Origin: the human T2T-CHM13v2.0 reference genome, Homo sapiens
Assembly (NCBI RefSeq): GCF_009914755.1
Contig: NC_060925.1
Length of the DNA: 64,000 bases
Direction: 5' to 3' (one strand)
Position 1 is the stretch's first letter. Each line of letters starts with the position of its first letter. The translations under genes were made by a program, and so were the position numbers. This document shows positions 1 through 12,600 of the stretch, in pieces. Under the pieces are notes generated by a model. That model was not told the DNA's origin. It was given only the letters and a program-made list of their open reading frames with translations, and did no database searches.

Positions 1-252
1 GACCCGAATGGAATCATCTAATGGAATGGAATGGAATAATCCATGGACTCGAATGCAATCATCATCGAATGGAATCGAATGGAATCATCGAATGGACTCG
101 AATGGAATAATCATTGAACGGAATAGAATGGAATCATCATCGGATGGAAATGAATGGAATCATCATCGAATGGAATCGAATAGAATTATGGAATGAAATC
201 CAGTGTGATCATCATCGAATGGACCCCAATGGAATCATCATCCAACGGAAGC

Positions 253-263
253 TAATGGAATCA
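253..263 (+). promoter_or_regulatory. TAATGGAATCA, a match to the DUX4 consensus TAAYBBAATCA (recurs in most units; second site e.g. 1096-1106)
   Basis: Exact motif match in the sequence. DUX4 binding and induction of HSATII is known at family level; occupancy of these particular copies is not shown. Confidence 0.45.
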
Positions 264-960
264 ACATCGAATGAATCTAATGGAAACACCATTGAATTGA
301 AACGAATGGAATTATCATGAAATTGAAATGGATGGACTCATCATCGAATGGATTCGAATGGAATCATCGAATAAAATTGATTGAAATCATCATCGAATGG
401 AATCGAATGGTATCATTGAATGGAATCGAATGGAATCATCATCAGATGGAAATGAATGGAATCGTCATAGAATGGAATCGAATGGATTCATTGAATGAAA
501 TCAGATGGAATCATCGAATGGACTGGAATGGAATCATTGAATGGACTCGAAAGGGATCATTATTGAATGGAATTGAATGGAATCATCGAATGGTCTCGAT
601 TGGAATCATTATCAAATGGAATCGAATGGAATCACCGAATAGAATCGAATGGAACAATCATCGAATGGACTCAAATGGAATTATCCTCCAATGGAATCGA
701 ATGGAATTATCGAATGCAATCGAATGGAATTATCGAATGCAATCTAATAGAATCATCGAATGGACTCGAATGGAATCATCGAATGGAATGGAATGGAACA
801 GTCAATGAACTCGAATGGAATCATCATTGAATGGAATCGAATGGAATCATCGAGTGGAATCGAATGGAATTATGATCAAATGGAATCGAATGTAATCATC
901 ATCAAATGGAGTCAAAAAAAACCATCATCAATTGGTATTGAATGGAATTGTCATCAAATG

Positions 961-966
961 GAATTC
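961..966. other. Unit-defining EcoRI site (GAATTC), one per canonical core
   Basis: ATGGAATTCAAAGG occurs once per core and would give ~1.77-kb EcoRI fragments. It is mutated to GAATTT near 55540 and 57315 and absent from the 894-bp units. Confidence 0.85.
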
Positions 967-1120
967 AAAGGAATCATCATCAAATGGAACCGAATGGAAT
1001 CCTCATTGAATGGAAATGAAAGGGGTCATCATCTAATGGAATCGCATGGAATCATCATCAAATGGAATCGAATGGAATCATCATCAAATGGAATCTAATG
1101 GAATCATTGAACAGAATTGA

Positions 1121-1588
1121 ATGGAATCGTCATCGAATGAATTGAATGCAATCATCGAATGGTCTCGAATGGAATCATCTTCTAATGGAAAGGAATGGAA
1201 TCATCGCATAAAATCGAATGGAATTATCATCGAATGGAATCGAATGGTATCAACACCAAACGGAAGAAAACGGAATTATCGAATGGAATCGAAGAGAATC
1301 TTCGAACGGACCCGAATGGAATCATCTAATGGAATGGAATGGAATAATCCATGGACTCGAATGCAATCATCATCGAATGGAATCGAATGGAATCATTGAA
1401 TGGACTCTAATGGAATAATCATTGAACGGAATCGATTGGAATCATCATCGGATGGAAACGAATGGAATCATCATCGAATGGAAATGAAAGGAGTCATCAT
1501 CTAATGGAATTGCATGGAATCATCATAAAATGGAATCGAATGGAATCAACATCAAATGGAATCTAATGGAATCATTGAACGGAATTGA
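1121..1588 (+). repeat. 468-bp internal module of the HSat2 unit (copy-number variable)
   Basis: ATGGAATCGTCATCGAATGAATTGA recurs at 1121 and 1589 (468 bp apart), and likewise at 5733/6201, 10345/10813, 13181/13649 and 51988/52456. Confidence 0.92.
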
Positions 1589-3370
1589 ATGGAATCGTCA
1601 TCGAATGAATTGACTGCAATCATCCAATGGTCTCGAATGGAATCATCTTCAAATGGAATGGAATGGAATCATCGCATAGAATCGAATGGAATTATCATCG
1701 AATGGAATCGAATGGAATCAACATCCAACGGAAAAAAACGGAATTATCGAATGGAATCGAAGGGAATCATCGAATGGACCCGAATGGAATCATCTAATGG
1801 AATGGAATGGAATAATCCATGGACTCGAATGCAATCATCATCGAATGGAATCGAATGGAATCATCGAATGGACTCGAATGGAATAATCATTGAACGGAAT
1901 CGAATGGAATCATCATCGGATGGAAATGAATGGAATCATCATCGAATGGAATCGAATAGAATTATGGAATGAAATCCAGTGTGATCATCATCGAATGGAC
2001 CCGAATGGAATCATCATCCAACGGAAGCTAATGGAATCAACATCGAATGAATCAAATGGAAACACCATCGATTTCAAACGAATGGAATTACCATGAAATT
2101 GAAATGGATGGACTCATCATCGAATGGATTCGGATGGAATCATCGAATAAAATTGATTGAAATCATCATCGAATGAAATCGAATGGTATCATTGAATGGA
2201 ATCGAATGGAATCATCATCAGATGGAAATGAATGGAATCGTCATAGAATGGAATCGAATGGATTCATTGAATGGAATCAGATGGAATCATCGAATGGACT
2301 GGAATGGAATCATTGAATGGACTCGAAAGGGATCATGATTGAATGGAATTGAATGGAATCATCGAATGGTCTCGATTGGAATCATTATCAAATGGAATCG
2401 AATGGAATCACCGAATAGAATCGAATGGAACAATCATCGAATGGACTCAAATGGAATTATCCTTAAATGGAATCGAATGGAATTATCGAATGCAATCGAA
2501 TAGAATCATCGAATGGACTCGAATGGAATCATCGAACGGAATGGAATGGAACAGTCAATGAACTCGAATGGAATCATCATTGAATGGAATCGAATGGAAT
2601 CATCGAGTGGAATCGAATGGAATTATGATCAAATGGAATCGAATGTAATCATCATCAAATGGAATCAAAAATAACCATCATCAATTGGTATTGAATGGAA
2701 TTGTCATCAAATGGAATTCAAAGGAATCATCATCAAATGGAACCGAATGGAATCCTCATTGAATGGAAATGAAAGGGGTCATCATCTAATGGAATCGCAT
2801 GGAATCATCGTCAAATGGAATCGAATGGAATCATCATCAAATGGAATCTAATGGAATCATTGAACAGAATTGAATGGAATCGTCATCGAATGAATTGAAT
2901 GCAATCATCGAATGGTCTCGAATGGAATCATCTTCTAATGGAAAGGAATGGAATCATCGCATAGAATCGAATGGAATTATCATCGAATGGAATCGAATGG
3001 TATCAACACCAAACGGAAAAAAACGGAATTATCGAATGGAATCGAAGAGAATCTTCGAACGGACCCGAATGGAATCATCTAATGGAATGGAATGGAATAA
3101 TCCATGGACTCGAATGCAATCATCATCGAATGGAATCGAATGGAATCATCGAATGGACTCGAATGGAATAATCATTGAACGGAATCGAATGGAATCATCA
3201 TCGGATGGAAACGAATGGAATCATCATCGAATGGAAATGAAAGGAGTCATCATCTAATGGAATTGCATGGAATCATCATAAAATGGAATCGAATGGAATC
3301 AACATCAAATGGAATCAAATGGAATCATTGAACGGAATTGAATGGAATCGTCATCAAATGAATTGACTGT

Positions 3371-3664
3371 AATCATCGAATGGTCTCGAATGTAATCAGA
3401 TTCTAATGGAAAGGAATGGAATCATCGCATAGAATCGAATGGAATGAACATTGAATGGACTCGAATGGAATCAACATCAAACGGAATCAAGCGGAATTAT
3501 CGAATGGAATCGAAGAGAATCATCGAATGGTCTCGAATGGAATCATCTTCTAATGGAAAGGAATGGAATCATCGCATAGAATCGAATGGAATTAACATTG
3601 AATGGACTCGAATGGAATCAACATCAAATGGAATCAAGCGGAATTATCGAATGAAATCGAAGAG
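3371..3664 (+). repeat. 147-bp direct duplication inside a module (also at ~7983, ~12595, ~15431, ~53793, ~57504)
   Basis: AATCATCGAATGG.CTCG starts at 3371, 3518 and 3665, and the translated ORF at 3444 shows a 49-residue direct repeat. Confidence 0.9.
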
Positions 3665-6600
3665 AATCATCGAATGGACTCGAATGGAATCATCTAATGG
3701 AATGGAATGGAATAATCCACGGACTCGAATGCAATCATCATCGTATAGAATCGAATGGAATCATCGAATGGACTCGAATGGAATAACCATTGAATGGAAG
3801 CGAATGGGATCATCATCGGATGGAAACGAATGGAATCATCATCGAATGGAAATGTAAGGAGTCATCATCTAATGGAATTGCATGGAATCATCATAAAATG
3901 GAATCGAATGGAATCATCATCAAATGGAATCAAATGGAATCATTGAACGGAATTGAATGGAATCGTCATCGAATGAATTGAATGCAATCATCGAATGGTC
4001 TCGAATGGAATCATCTTCAAATGGAATGGAATGGAATCATCGCATAGAATCGAATGGAATTATCATCGAATGGAATCGAATGGTATCAACATCAAACGGA
4101 AAAAAACGGAATTATCGAATGGAATCGAAGAGAATCTTCGAACGGACCCGAATGGAATCATCTAATGGAATGGAATGGAATAATCCATGGACTCGAATGC
4201 AATTATCATCGAATGGAATCGAATGGAATCTTTGAATGGACTCGAATGGAATAATCATTGAACGGAATCGAATGGAATCATCATCGGATGGAAACGAATG
4301 GAATCATCATCGAATGGAAATGAAAGGAGTCATCATCTAATGGAATTGCATGGAATCATCATAAAATGGAATCGAATGGAATCAACATCAAATGGAATCA
4401 AATGGAATCATTGAACGGAATTGAATGGAATCGTCATCGAATGAATTGAATGCAATCATCGAATGGTCTCGAATGTAATCATCTTCAAATGGAATGGAAT
4501 GGAATCATCGCATAGAATCGAATGGAATTATCATCGAATGGAATCGAATGGAATCAACATCAAACGGAAAAAAACGGAATTATCGAATGGAATCGAAGAG
4601 AATCATCGAATGGACACGAATGGAATCATCTAATGGAATGGAATGGAATAATCCATGGACTCGAATGCAATCATCATCGAATGGAATCGAATGGAATCAT
4701 CGAATGGACTCGAATGGAATAATCATTGAAGGGAATCGAATGGAATCATCATCGGATGGAAATGAATGGAATCATCATCGAATGGAATCGAATAGAATTA
4801 TGGAATGAAATCCAGTGTGATCATCATCGAATGGACCCGAATGGAATCATCATCCAACGGAAGCTAATGGAATCAACATCGAATGAATCGAATGGAAACA
4901 CCATCGAATTGAAACGAATGGAATTATCATGAAATTGAAATGGATGGACTCATCATCGAATGGATTCGAATTGAATCATCGAATAAAATTGATTGAAATC
5001 ATCATCGAATGGAATCGAATGGTATCATTGAATGGAATCGAAAGGAATCATCATCAGATGGAAATGAATGGAATCGTCATAGAATGGAATCGAATGGATT
5101 CATTGAATGGAATCAGATGGAATCATCGAATGGACTGGAATGGAATCATTGAATGGACTCGAAAGAGATCATGATTGAATGGAATTGAATGGAATCATCG
5201 AATGGTCTCGATTGGAATCATTATCAAATGGAATCGAATGGAATCACCGAATGGAATCGAATGGAACAATCATCGAATGGACTCAAATGGAATTATCCTC
5301 AAATGGAATCGAATGGAATTATCGAATGCAATCGAATGGAATTATCGAATGCAATCGAATAGAATCATCGAAAGGACTCGAATGGAATCATCGAATGGAA
5401 TGGAATGGAACAGTCAATGAACTCGAATGGAATCATCATTGAATGGAATCGAATGGAATCATCGAGTGGAATCGAATGGAATTATGATCAAATGGAATCG
5501 AATGTAATCATCATCAAATGGAATCAAAAATAACAATCATCAATTGGTATTGAATGGAATTGTCATCAAATGGAATTCAAAGGAATCATCATCAAATGGA
5601 ACCGAATGGAATCCTCATTGAATGGAAATGAAAGAGGTCATCATCTAATGGAATCGCATGGAATCATCATCAAATGGAATCGAATGGAATCATCATCAAA
5701 TGGAATCTAATGGAATCATTGAACAGAATTGAATGGAATCGTCATCGAATGAATTGAATGCAATCATCGAATGGTCTCGAATGGAATCATCTTCTAATGG
5801 AAAGGAATGGAATCATCGCATAGAATCGAATGGAATTATCATCGAATGGAATCGAATGGTATCAACACCAAACGGAAAAAAACGGAATTATCGAATGGAA
5901 TCGAAAAGAATCTTCGAACGGACCCGAATGGAATCATCTAATGGAATGGAATGGAATAATCCATGGACTCGAATGCAATCATCATCGAATGGAATCGAAT
6001 GGAATCATCGAATGGACTCGAATGGAATAATCATTGAACGGAATCGAATGGAATCATCATCGGATGGAAACGAATGGAATCATCATCGAATGGAAATGAA
6101 AGGAGTCATCATCTAATGCAATTGCATGGAATCATCATCAAATGGAATCGAATGGAATCAACATCAAATGGAATCTAATGGAATCATTGAACAGAATTGA
6201 ATGGAATCGTCATCGAATGAATTGACTGCAATCATCGAATGGTCTCGAATGGAATCATCTTCAAATGGAATGGAATGGAATCATCGAATAGAATCGAATG
6301 GAATTATCATCGAATGGAATCGAATGGAATCAACATCAAACGGAAAAAAACGGAATTATCGAATGGAATCGAAGAGAATCATCGAATGGACCCGAATGGA
6401 ATCATCTAATGGAATGGAATGGAATAATCCATGGACTCGAATGCAATCATCATCGAATGGAATCGAATGGAATCATCGAATGGACTCGAATGGAATAATC
6501 ATTGAACGGAATCGAATGGAATCATCATCGGATGGAAATGAATAGAATCATCATCGAATGGAATCGAATAGAATTATGGAATGAAATCCAGTGTGATCAT

Positions 6601-9600
6601 CATCGAATGGACCCGAATGGAATCATCATCCAACAGAAGCTAATGGAATCAACATCGAATGAATCGAATGGAAACACCATCGAATTGAAACGAATGGAAT
6701 TACCATGAAATTGAAATGGATGGACTCATCATCGAATGGATTCGGATGGAATCATCGAATAAAATTGATTGAAATCATCATCGAATGAAATCGAATGGTA
6801 TCATTGAATGGAATCGAATGGAATCATCATCAGATGGAAATGAATGGAATCGTCATAGAATGGAATCGAATGGATTCATTGAATGGAATCAGATGGAATC
6901 ATCGAATGGACTGGAATGGAATCATTGAATGGACTCGAAAGGGATCATGATTGAATGGAATTGAATGGAATCATCGAATGGTCTCGATTGGAATCATTAT
7001 CAAATGGAATCGAATGGAATCACCGAATAGAATCGAATGGAACAATCATCGAATGGACTCAAATGGAATTATCCTTAAATGGAATCGAATGGAATTATCG
7101 AATGCAATCGAATAGAATCATCGAATGGACTCGAATGGAATCATCGAACGGAATGGAATGGAACAGTCAATGAACTCGAATGGAATCATCATTGAATGGA
7201 ATCGAATGGAATCATCGAGTGGAATCGAATGGAATTATGATCAAATGGAATCGAATGTAATCATCATCAAATGGAATCAAAAATAACCATCATCAATTGG
7301 TATTGAATGGAATTGTCATCAAATGGAATTCAAAGGAATCATCATCAAATGGAACCGAATGGAATCCTCATTGAATGGAAATGAAAGGGGTCATCATCTA
7401 ATGGAATCGCATGGAATCATCATCAAATGGAATCGAATGGAATCATCATCAAATGGAATCTAATGGAATCATTGAACAGAATTGAATGGAATCGTCATCG
7501 AATGAATTGAATGCAATCATCGAATGGTCTCGAATGGAATCATCTTCTAATGGAAAGGAATGGAATCATCGCATAGAATCGAATGGAATTATCATCGAAT
7601 GGAATCGAATGGTATCAACACCAAACGGAAAAAAACGGAATTATCGAATGGAATCGAAGAGAATCTTCGAACGGACCCGAATGGAATCATCTAATGGAAT
7701 GGAATGGAATAATCCATGGACTCGAATGCAATCATCATCGAATGGAATCGAATGGAATCATCGAATGGACTCGAATGGAATAATCATTGAACGGAATCGA
7801 ATGGAATCATCATCGGATGGAAACGAATGGAATCATCATCGAATGGAAATGAAAGGAGTCATCATCTAATGGAATTGCATGGAATCATCATAAAATGGAA
7901 TCGAATGGAATCAACATCAAATGGAATCAAATGGAATCATTGAACGGAATTGAATGGAATCGTCATCGAATGAATTGACTGCAATCATCGAATGGTCTCG
8001 AATGTAATCAGATTCTAATGGAAAGGAATGGAATCATCGCATAGAATCGAATGGAATTAACATTGAATGGACTCGAATGGAATCAACATCAAACGGAAAA
8101 AAACGGAATTATCGAATGGAATCGAAGAGAATCATCGAATGGTCTCGAATGGAATCATATTCTAATGGAAAGGAATGGAATTATCGCATAGAATCGAATG
8201 GAATTAACATTGAATGGACTCGAATGGAATCAACATCAAATGGAATCAAGCGGAATTATCGAATGAAATCGAAGAGAATCATCGAATGGACTCGAATGGA
8301 ATCATCTAATGGAATGGAATGGAATAATCCACGGACTCGAATGCAATCATCATCGTATAGAATCGAATGGAATCATCGAATGGACTCGAATGGAATAACC
8401 ATTGAACGGAAGCGAATGGAATCATCATCGGATGGAAACGAATGGAATCATCATCGAATGGAAATGTAAGGAGTCATCATCTAATGGAATTGCATGGAAT
8501 CATCATAAAATGGAATCGAATGGAATCATCATCAAATGGAATCAAATGGAATCATTGAACGGAATTGAATTGAATCGTCATCGAATGAATTGAATGCAAT
8601 CATCGAATGGTTTCGAATGGAATCATCTTCAAATGGAATGGAATGGAATCATCGCATAGAATCGAATGGAATTATCATCGAATGGAATCGAATGGTATCA
8701 ACATCAAACGGAAAAAAACGGAATTATCGAATGGAATCGAAGAGAATCTTCGAACGGACCCTAATGGAATCATCTAATGGAATGGAATGGAATAATCAAT
8801 GGACTCGAATGCAATTATCATCAAATGGAATCGAATGGAATCTTTGAATGGACTCGAATGGAATAATCATTGAACGGAATCGAATGGAATCATCATCGGA
8901 TGGAAACGAATGGAATCATCATCGAATGGAAATGAAAGGAGTCATCATCTAATGGAATTGCATGGAATCATCATAAAATGGAATCGAATGGAATCAACAT
9001 CAAATGGAATCAAATGGAATCATTGAACGGAATTGAATGGAATCGTCATCGAATGAATTGAATGCAATCATCGAATGGTCTCGAATGGAATCATCTTCAA
9101 ATGGAATGGAATGGAATCATCGCATAGAATCGAATGGAATTATCATCGAATGGAATCGAATGGAATCAACATCAAACGGAAAAAAACGGAATTATCGAAT
9201 GGAATCGAAGAGAATCATCGAATGGACCCGAATGGAATCATCTAATGGAATGGAATGGAATAATCCATGGACTCGAATGCAATCATCATCGAATGGAATC
9301 GAATGGAATCATCGAATGGACTCGAATGGAATAATCATTGAAGGGAATCGAATGGAATCATCATCGGATGGAAATGAATGGAATAATCATCGAATGGAAT
9401 CGAATAGAATTATGGAATGAAATCCAGTGTGATCATCATCGAATGGACCCGAATGGAATCATCATCCAACGGAAGCTAATGGAATCAACATCGAATGAAT
9501 CGAATGGAAACACCATCGAATTGAAACGAATGGAATTATCATGAAATTGAAATGGATGGACTCATCATCGAATGGATTCGAATGGAATCATCGAATAAAA

Positions 9601-12600
9601 TTGATTGAAATCATCATCCAATGGAATCGAATGGTATCATTGAATGGAATCGAATGGAATCATCATCAGATGGAAATGAATGGAATCGTCATAGAATGGA
9701 ATCGAATGGATTCATTGAATGGAATCAGATGGAATCATCGAATGGACTGGAATGGAATCATTGAATGGACTCGAAAGGGATCATGATTGAATGGAATTGA
9801 ATGGAATCATCGAATGGTCTCGATTGGAATCATTATCAAATGGAATCGAATGGAATCACCGAATAGAATCGAATGGAACAATCATCGAATGGACTCAAAT
9901 GGAATTATCCTCAAATGGAATCGAATGGAATTATCGAATGCAATCGAATGGAATTATCGAATGCAATCGAATAGAATCATCGAATGGACTCGAATGGAAT
10001 CATCGAATGGAATGGAATGGAACAGTCAATGAACTCGAATGGAATCATCATTGAATGGAATCGAATGGAATCATCGAGTGGAACCGAATGGAATTATGAT
10101 CAAATGGAATCGAATGTAATCATCATCAAATGGAATCAAAAATAACCATCATCAATTGGTATTGAATGGAATTGTCATCAAATGGAATTCAAAGGAATCA
10201 TCATCAAATGGAACCGAATGGAATCCTCATTGAATGGAAATGAAAGGGGTCATCATCTAATGGAATCGCATGGAATCATCATCAAATGGAATCGAATGGA
10301 ATCATCATCAAATGGAATCTAATGGAATCATTGAACAGAATTGAATGGAATCGTCATCGAATGAATTGAATGCAATCATCGAATGGTCTCGAATGGAATC
10401 ATCTTCTAATGGAAAGGAATGGAATCATCGCATAGAATCGAATGGAATTATCATCGAATGGAATCGAATGGTATCAACACCAAACGGAAAAAAACGGAAT
10501 TATCGAATGGAATCGAAGAGAATCTTCGAACGGACCCGAATGGAATCATCTAATGGAATGGAATGGAATAATCCATGGACTCGAATGCAATCATCATCGA
10601 ATGGAATCAAATGGAATCATCGAATGGACTCGAATGGAATAATCATTGAACGGAATCGAATGGAATCATCATCGGATGGAAACGAATGGAATCATCATCG
10701 AATGGAAATGAAAGGAGTCATCATCTAATGGAATTGCATGGAATCATCATAAAATGGAATCGAATGGAATCAACATCAAATGGAATCAAATGGAATCATT
10801 GAACGGAATTGAATGGAATCGTCATCGAATGAATTGAATGCAATCATCGAATGGTCTCGAATGGAATCATCTTCAAATGGAATGGAATGGAATCATCGCA
10901 TAGAATCGAATGGAATTATCATCGAATGGAATCGAATGGAATCAACATCAAACGGAAAAAAACGGAATTATCGAATGGAATCGAAGAGAATCATCGAATG
11001 GACCCGAATGGAATCATCTAATGGAATGGAATGGAATAATCCATGGACACGAATGCAATCATCATCGAATGGAATCGAATGGAATCATCGAATGGACTCG
11101 AATGGAATAATCATTGAACGGAATCGAATGGAATCATCATCGGATGGAAATGAATGGAATCATCATCGAATGGAATCGAATAGAATTATGGAATGAAATC
11201 CAGTGTGATCATCATCGAATGGACCCGAATGGAATCATCATCCAACAGAAGCTAATGGAATCAACATCGAATGAATCGAATGGAAACACCATCGAATTCA
11301 AAGGAATGGAATTACCATGAAATTGAAATGGATGGACTCATCATCGAATGGATTCGGATGGAATCATCGAATAAAATTGATTGAAATCATCATCGAATGA
11401 AATCGAATGGTATCATTGAATGGAATCGAATGGAATCATCATCAGATGGAAATGAATGGAATCGTCATAGAATGGAATCGAATGGATTCATTGAATGGAA
11501 TCAGATGGAATCATCGAATGGACTGGAATGGAATTATTGAATGGACTCGAAAGGGATCATGATTGAATGGAATTGAATGGAATCATCGAATGGTCTCGAT
11601 TGGAATCATTATCAAATGGAATCGAATGGAATCACCGAATAGAATCGAATGGAACAATCATCGAATGGACTCAAATGGAATTATCCTTAAATGGAATCGA
11701 ATGGAATTATCGAATGCAATCGAATAGAATCATCGAATGGACTCGAATGGAATCATCGAACGGAATGGAATGGAACAGTCAATGAACTCGAATGGAATCA
11801 TCATTGAATGGAATCGAATGGAATCATCGAGTGGAATCGAATGGAATTATGATCAAATGGAATCGAATGTAATCATCATCAAATGGAATCAAAAATAACC
11901 ATCATCAATTGGTATTGAATGGAATTGTCATCAAATGGAATTCAAAGGAATCATCATCAAATGGAACCGAATGGAATCCTCATTGAATGGAAATGAAAGG
12001 GGTCATCATCTAATGGAATCGCATGGAATCATCATCAAATGGAATCGAATGGAATCATCATCAAATGGAATCTAATGGAATCATTGAACAGAATTGAATG
12101 GAATCGTCATCGAATGAATTGAATGCAATCATCGAATGGTCTCGAATGGAATCATCTTCTAATGGAAAGGAATGGAATCATCGCATAGAATCGAATGGAA
12201 TTATCATCGAATGGAATCGAATGGTATCAACACCAAACGGAAAAAAACGGAATTATCGAATGGAATCGAAGAGAATCTTCGAACGGACCCGAATGGAATC
12301 ATCTAATGGAATGGAATGGAATAATCCATGGACTCGAATGCAATCATCATCGAATGGAATCGAATGGAATCATCGAATGGACTCGAATGGAATAATCATT
12401 GAACGGAATCGAATGGAATCATCATCGGATGGAAACGAATGGAATCATCATCGAATGGAAATGAAAGGAGTCATCATCTAATGGAATTGCATGGAATCAT
12501 CATAAAATGGAATCGAATGGAATCAACATCAAATGGAATCAAATGGAATCATTGAACGGAATTGAATGGAATCGTCATCGAATGAATTGACTGCAATCAT

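Larger units (their letters stand above)
317..2092 (+). repeat. Canonical 1776-bp HSat2 unit (representative copy)
   Basis: The landmark ATGAAATTGAAATGGATGGACTC, or a close variant, starts at 317, 2093, 4929, 6705, 9541, 11317, 14153, 16053, 17829, 19582, 22262, 23570, 25346, 27120, 28896, 31134, 32909, 34207, 35515, 37291, 39066, 40374, 42150, 44097, 46292, 48510, 49817, 52960, 54883, 56671, 58594, 59488, 60796, 61690 and 62997 (35 copies). Modal spacing is 1774-1776 bp. Confidence 0.93.

Noticed and set aside
1728-1742. ACGGAAAAAAACGG A-tract as a terminator or retroposon tail
   Set aside because: It is only seven A residues, is a regular part of the module, and has no hairpin or associated insertion.
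3371-3664. 147-bp duplication as a selected nucleosome-length insertion
   Set aside because: 147 equals 3 x (23+26), so it follows from the intrinsic subunit period. The sequence gives no evidence of selection.
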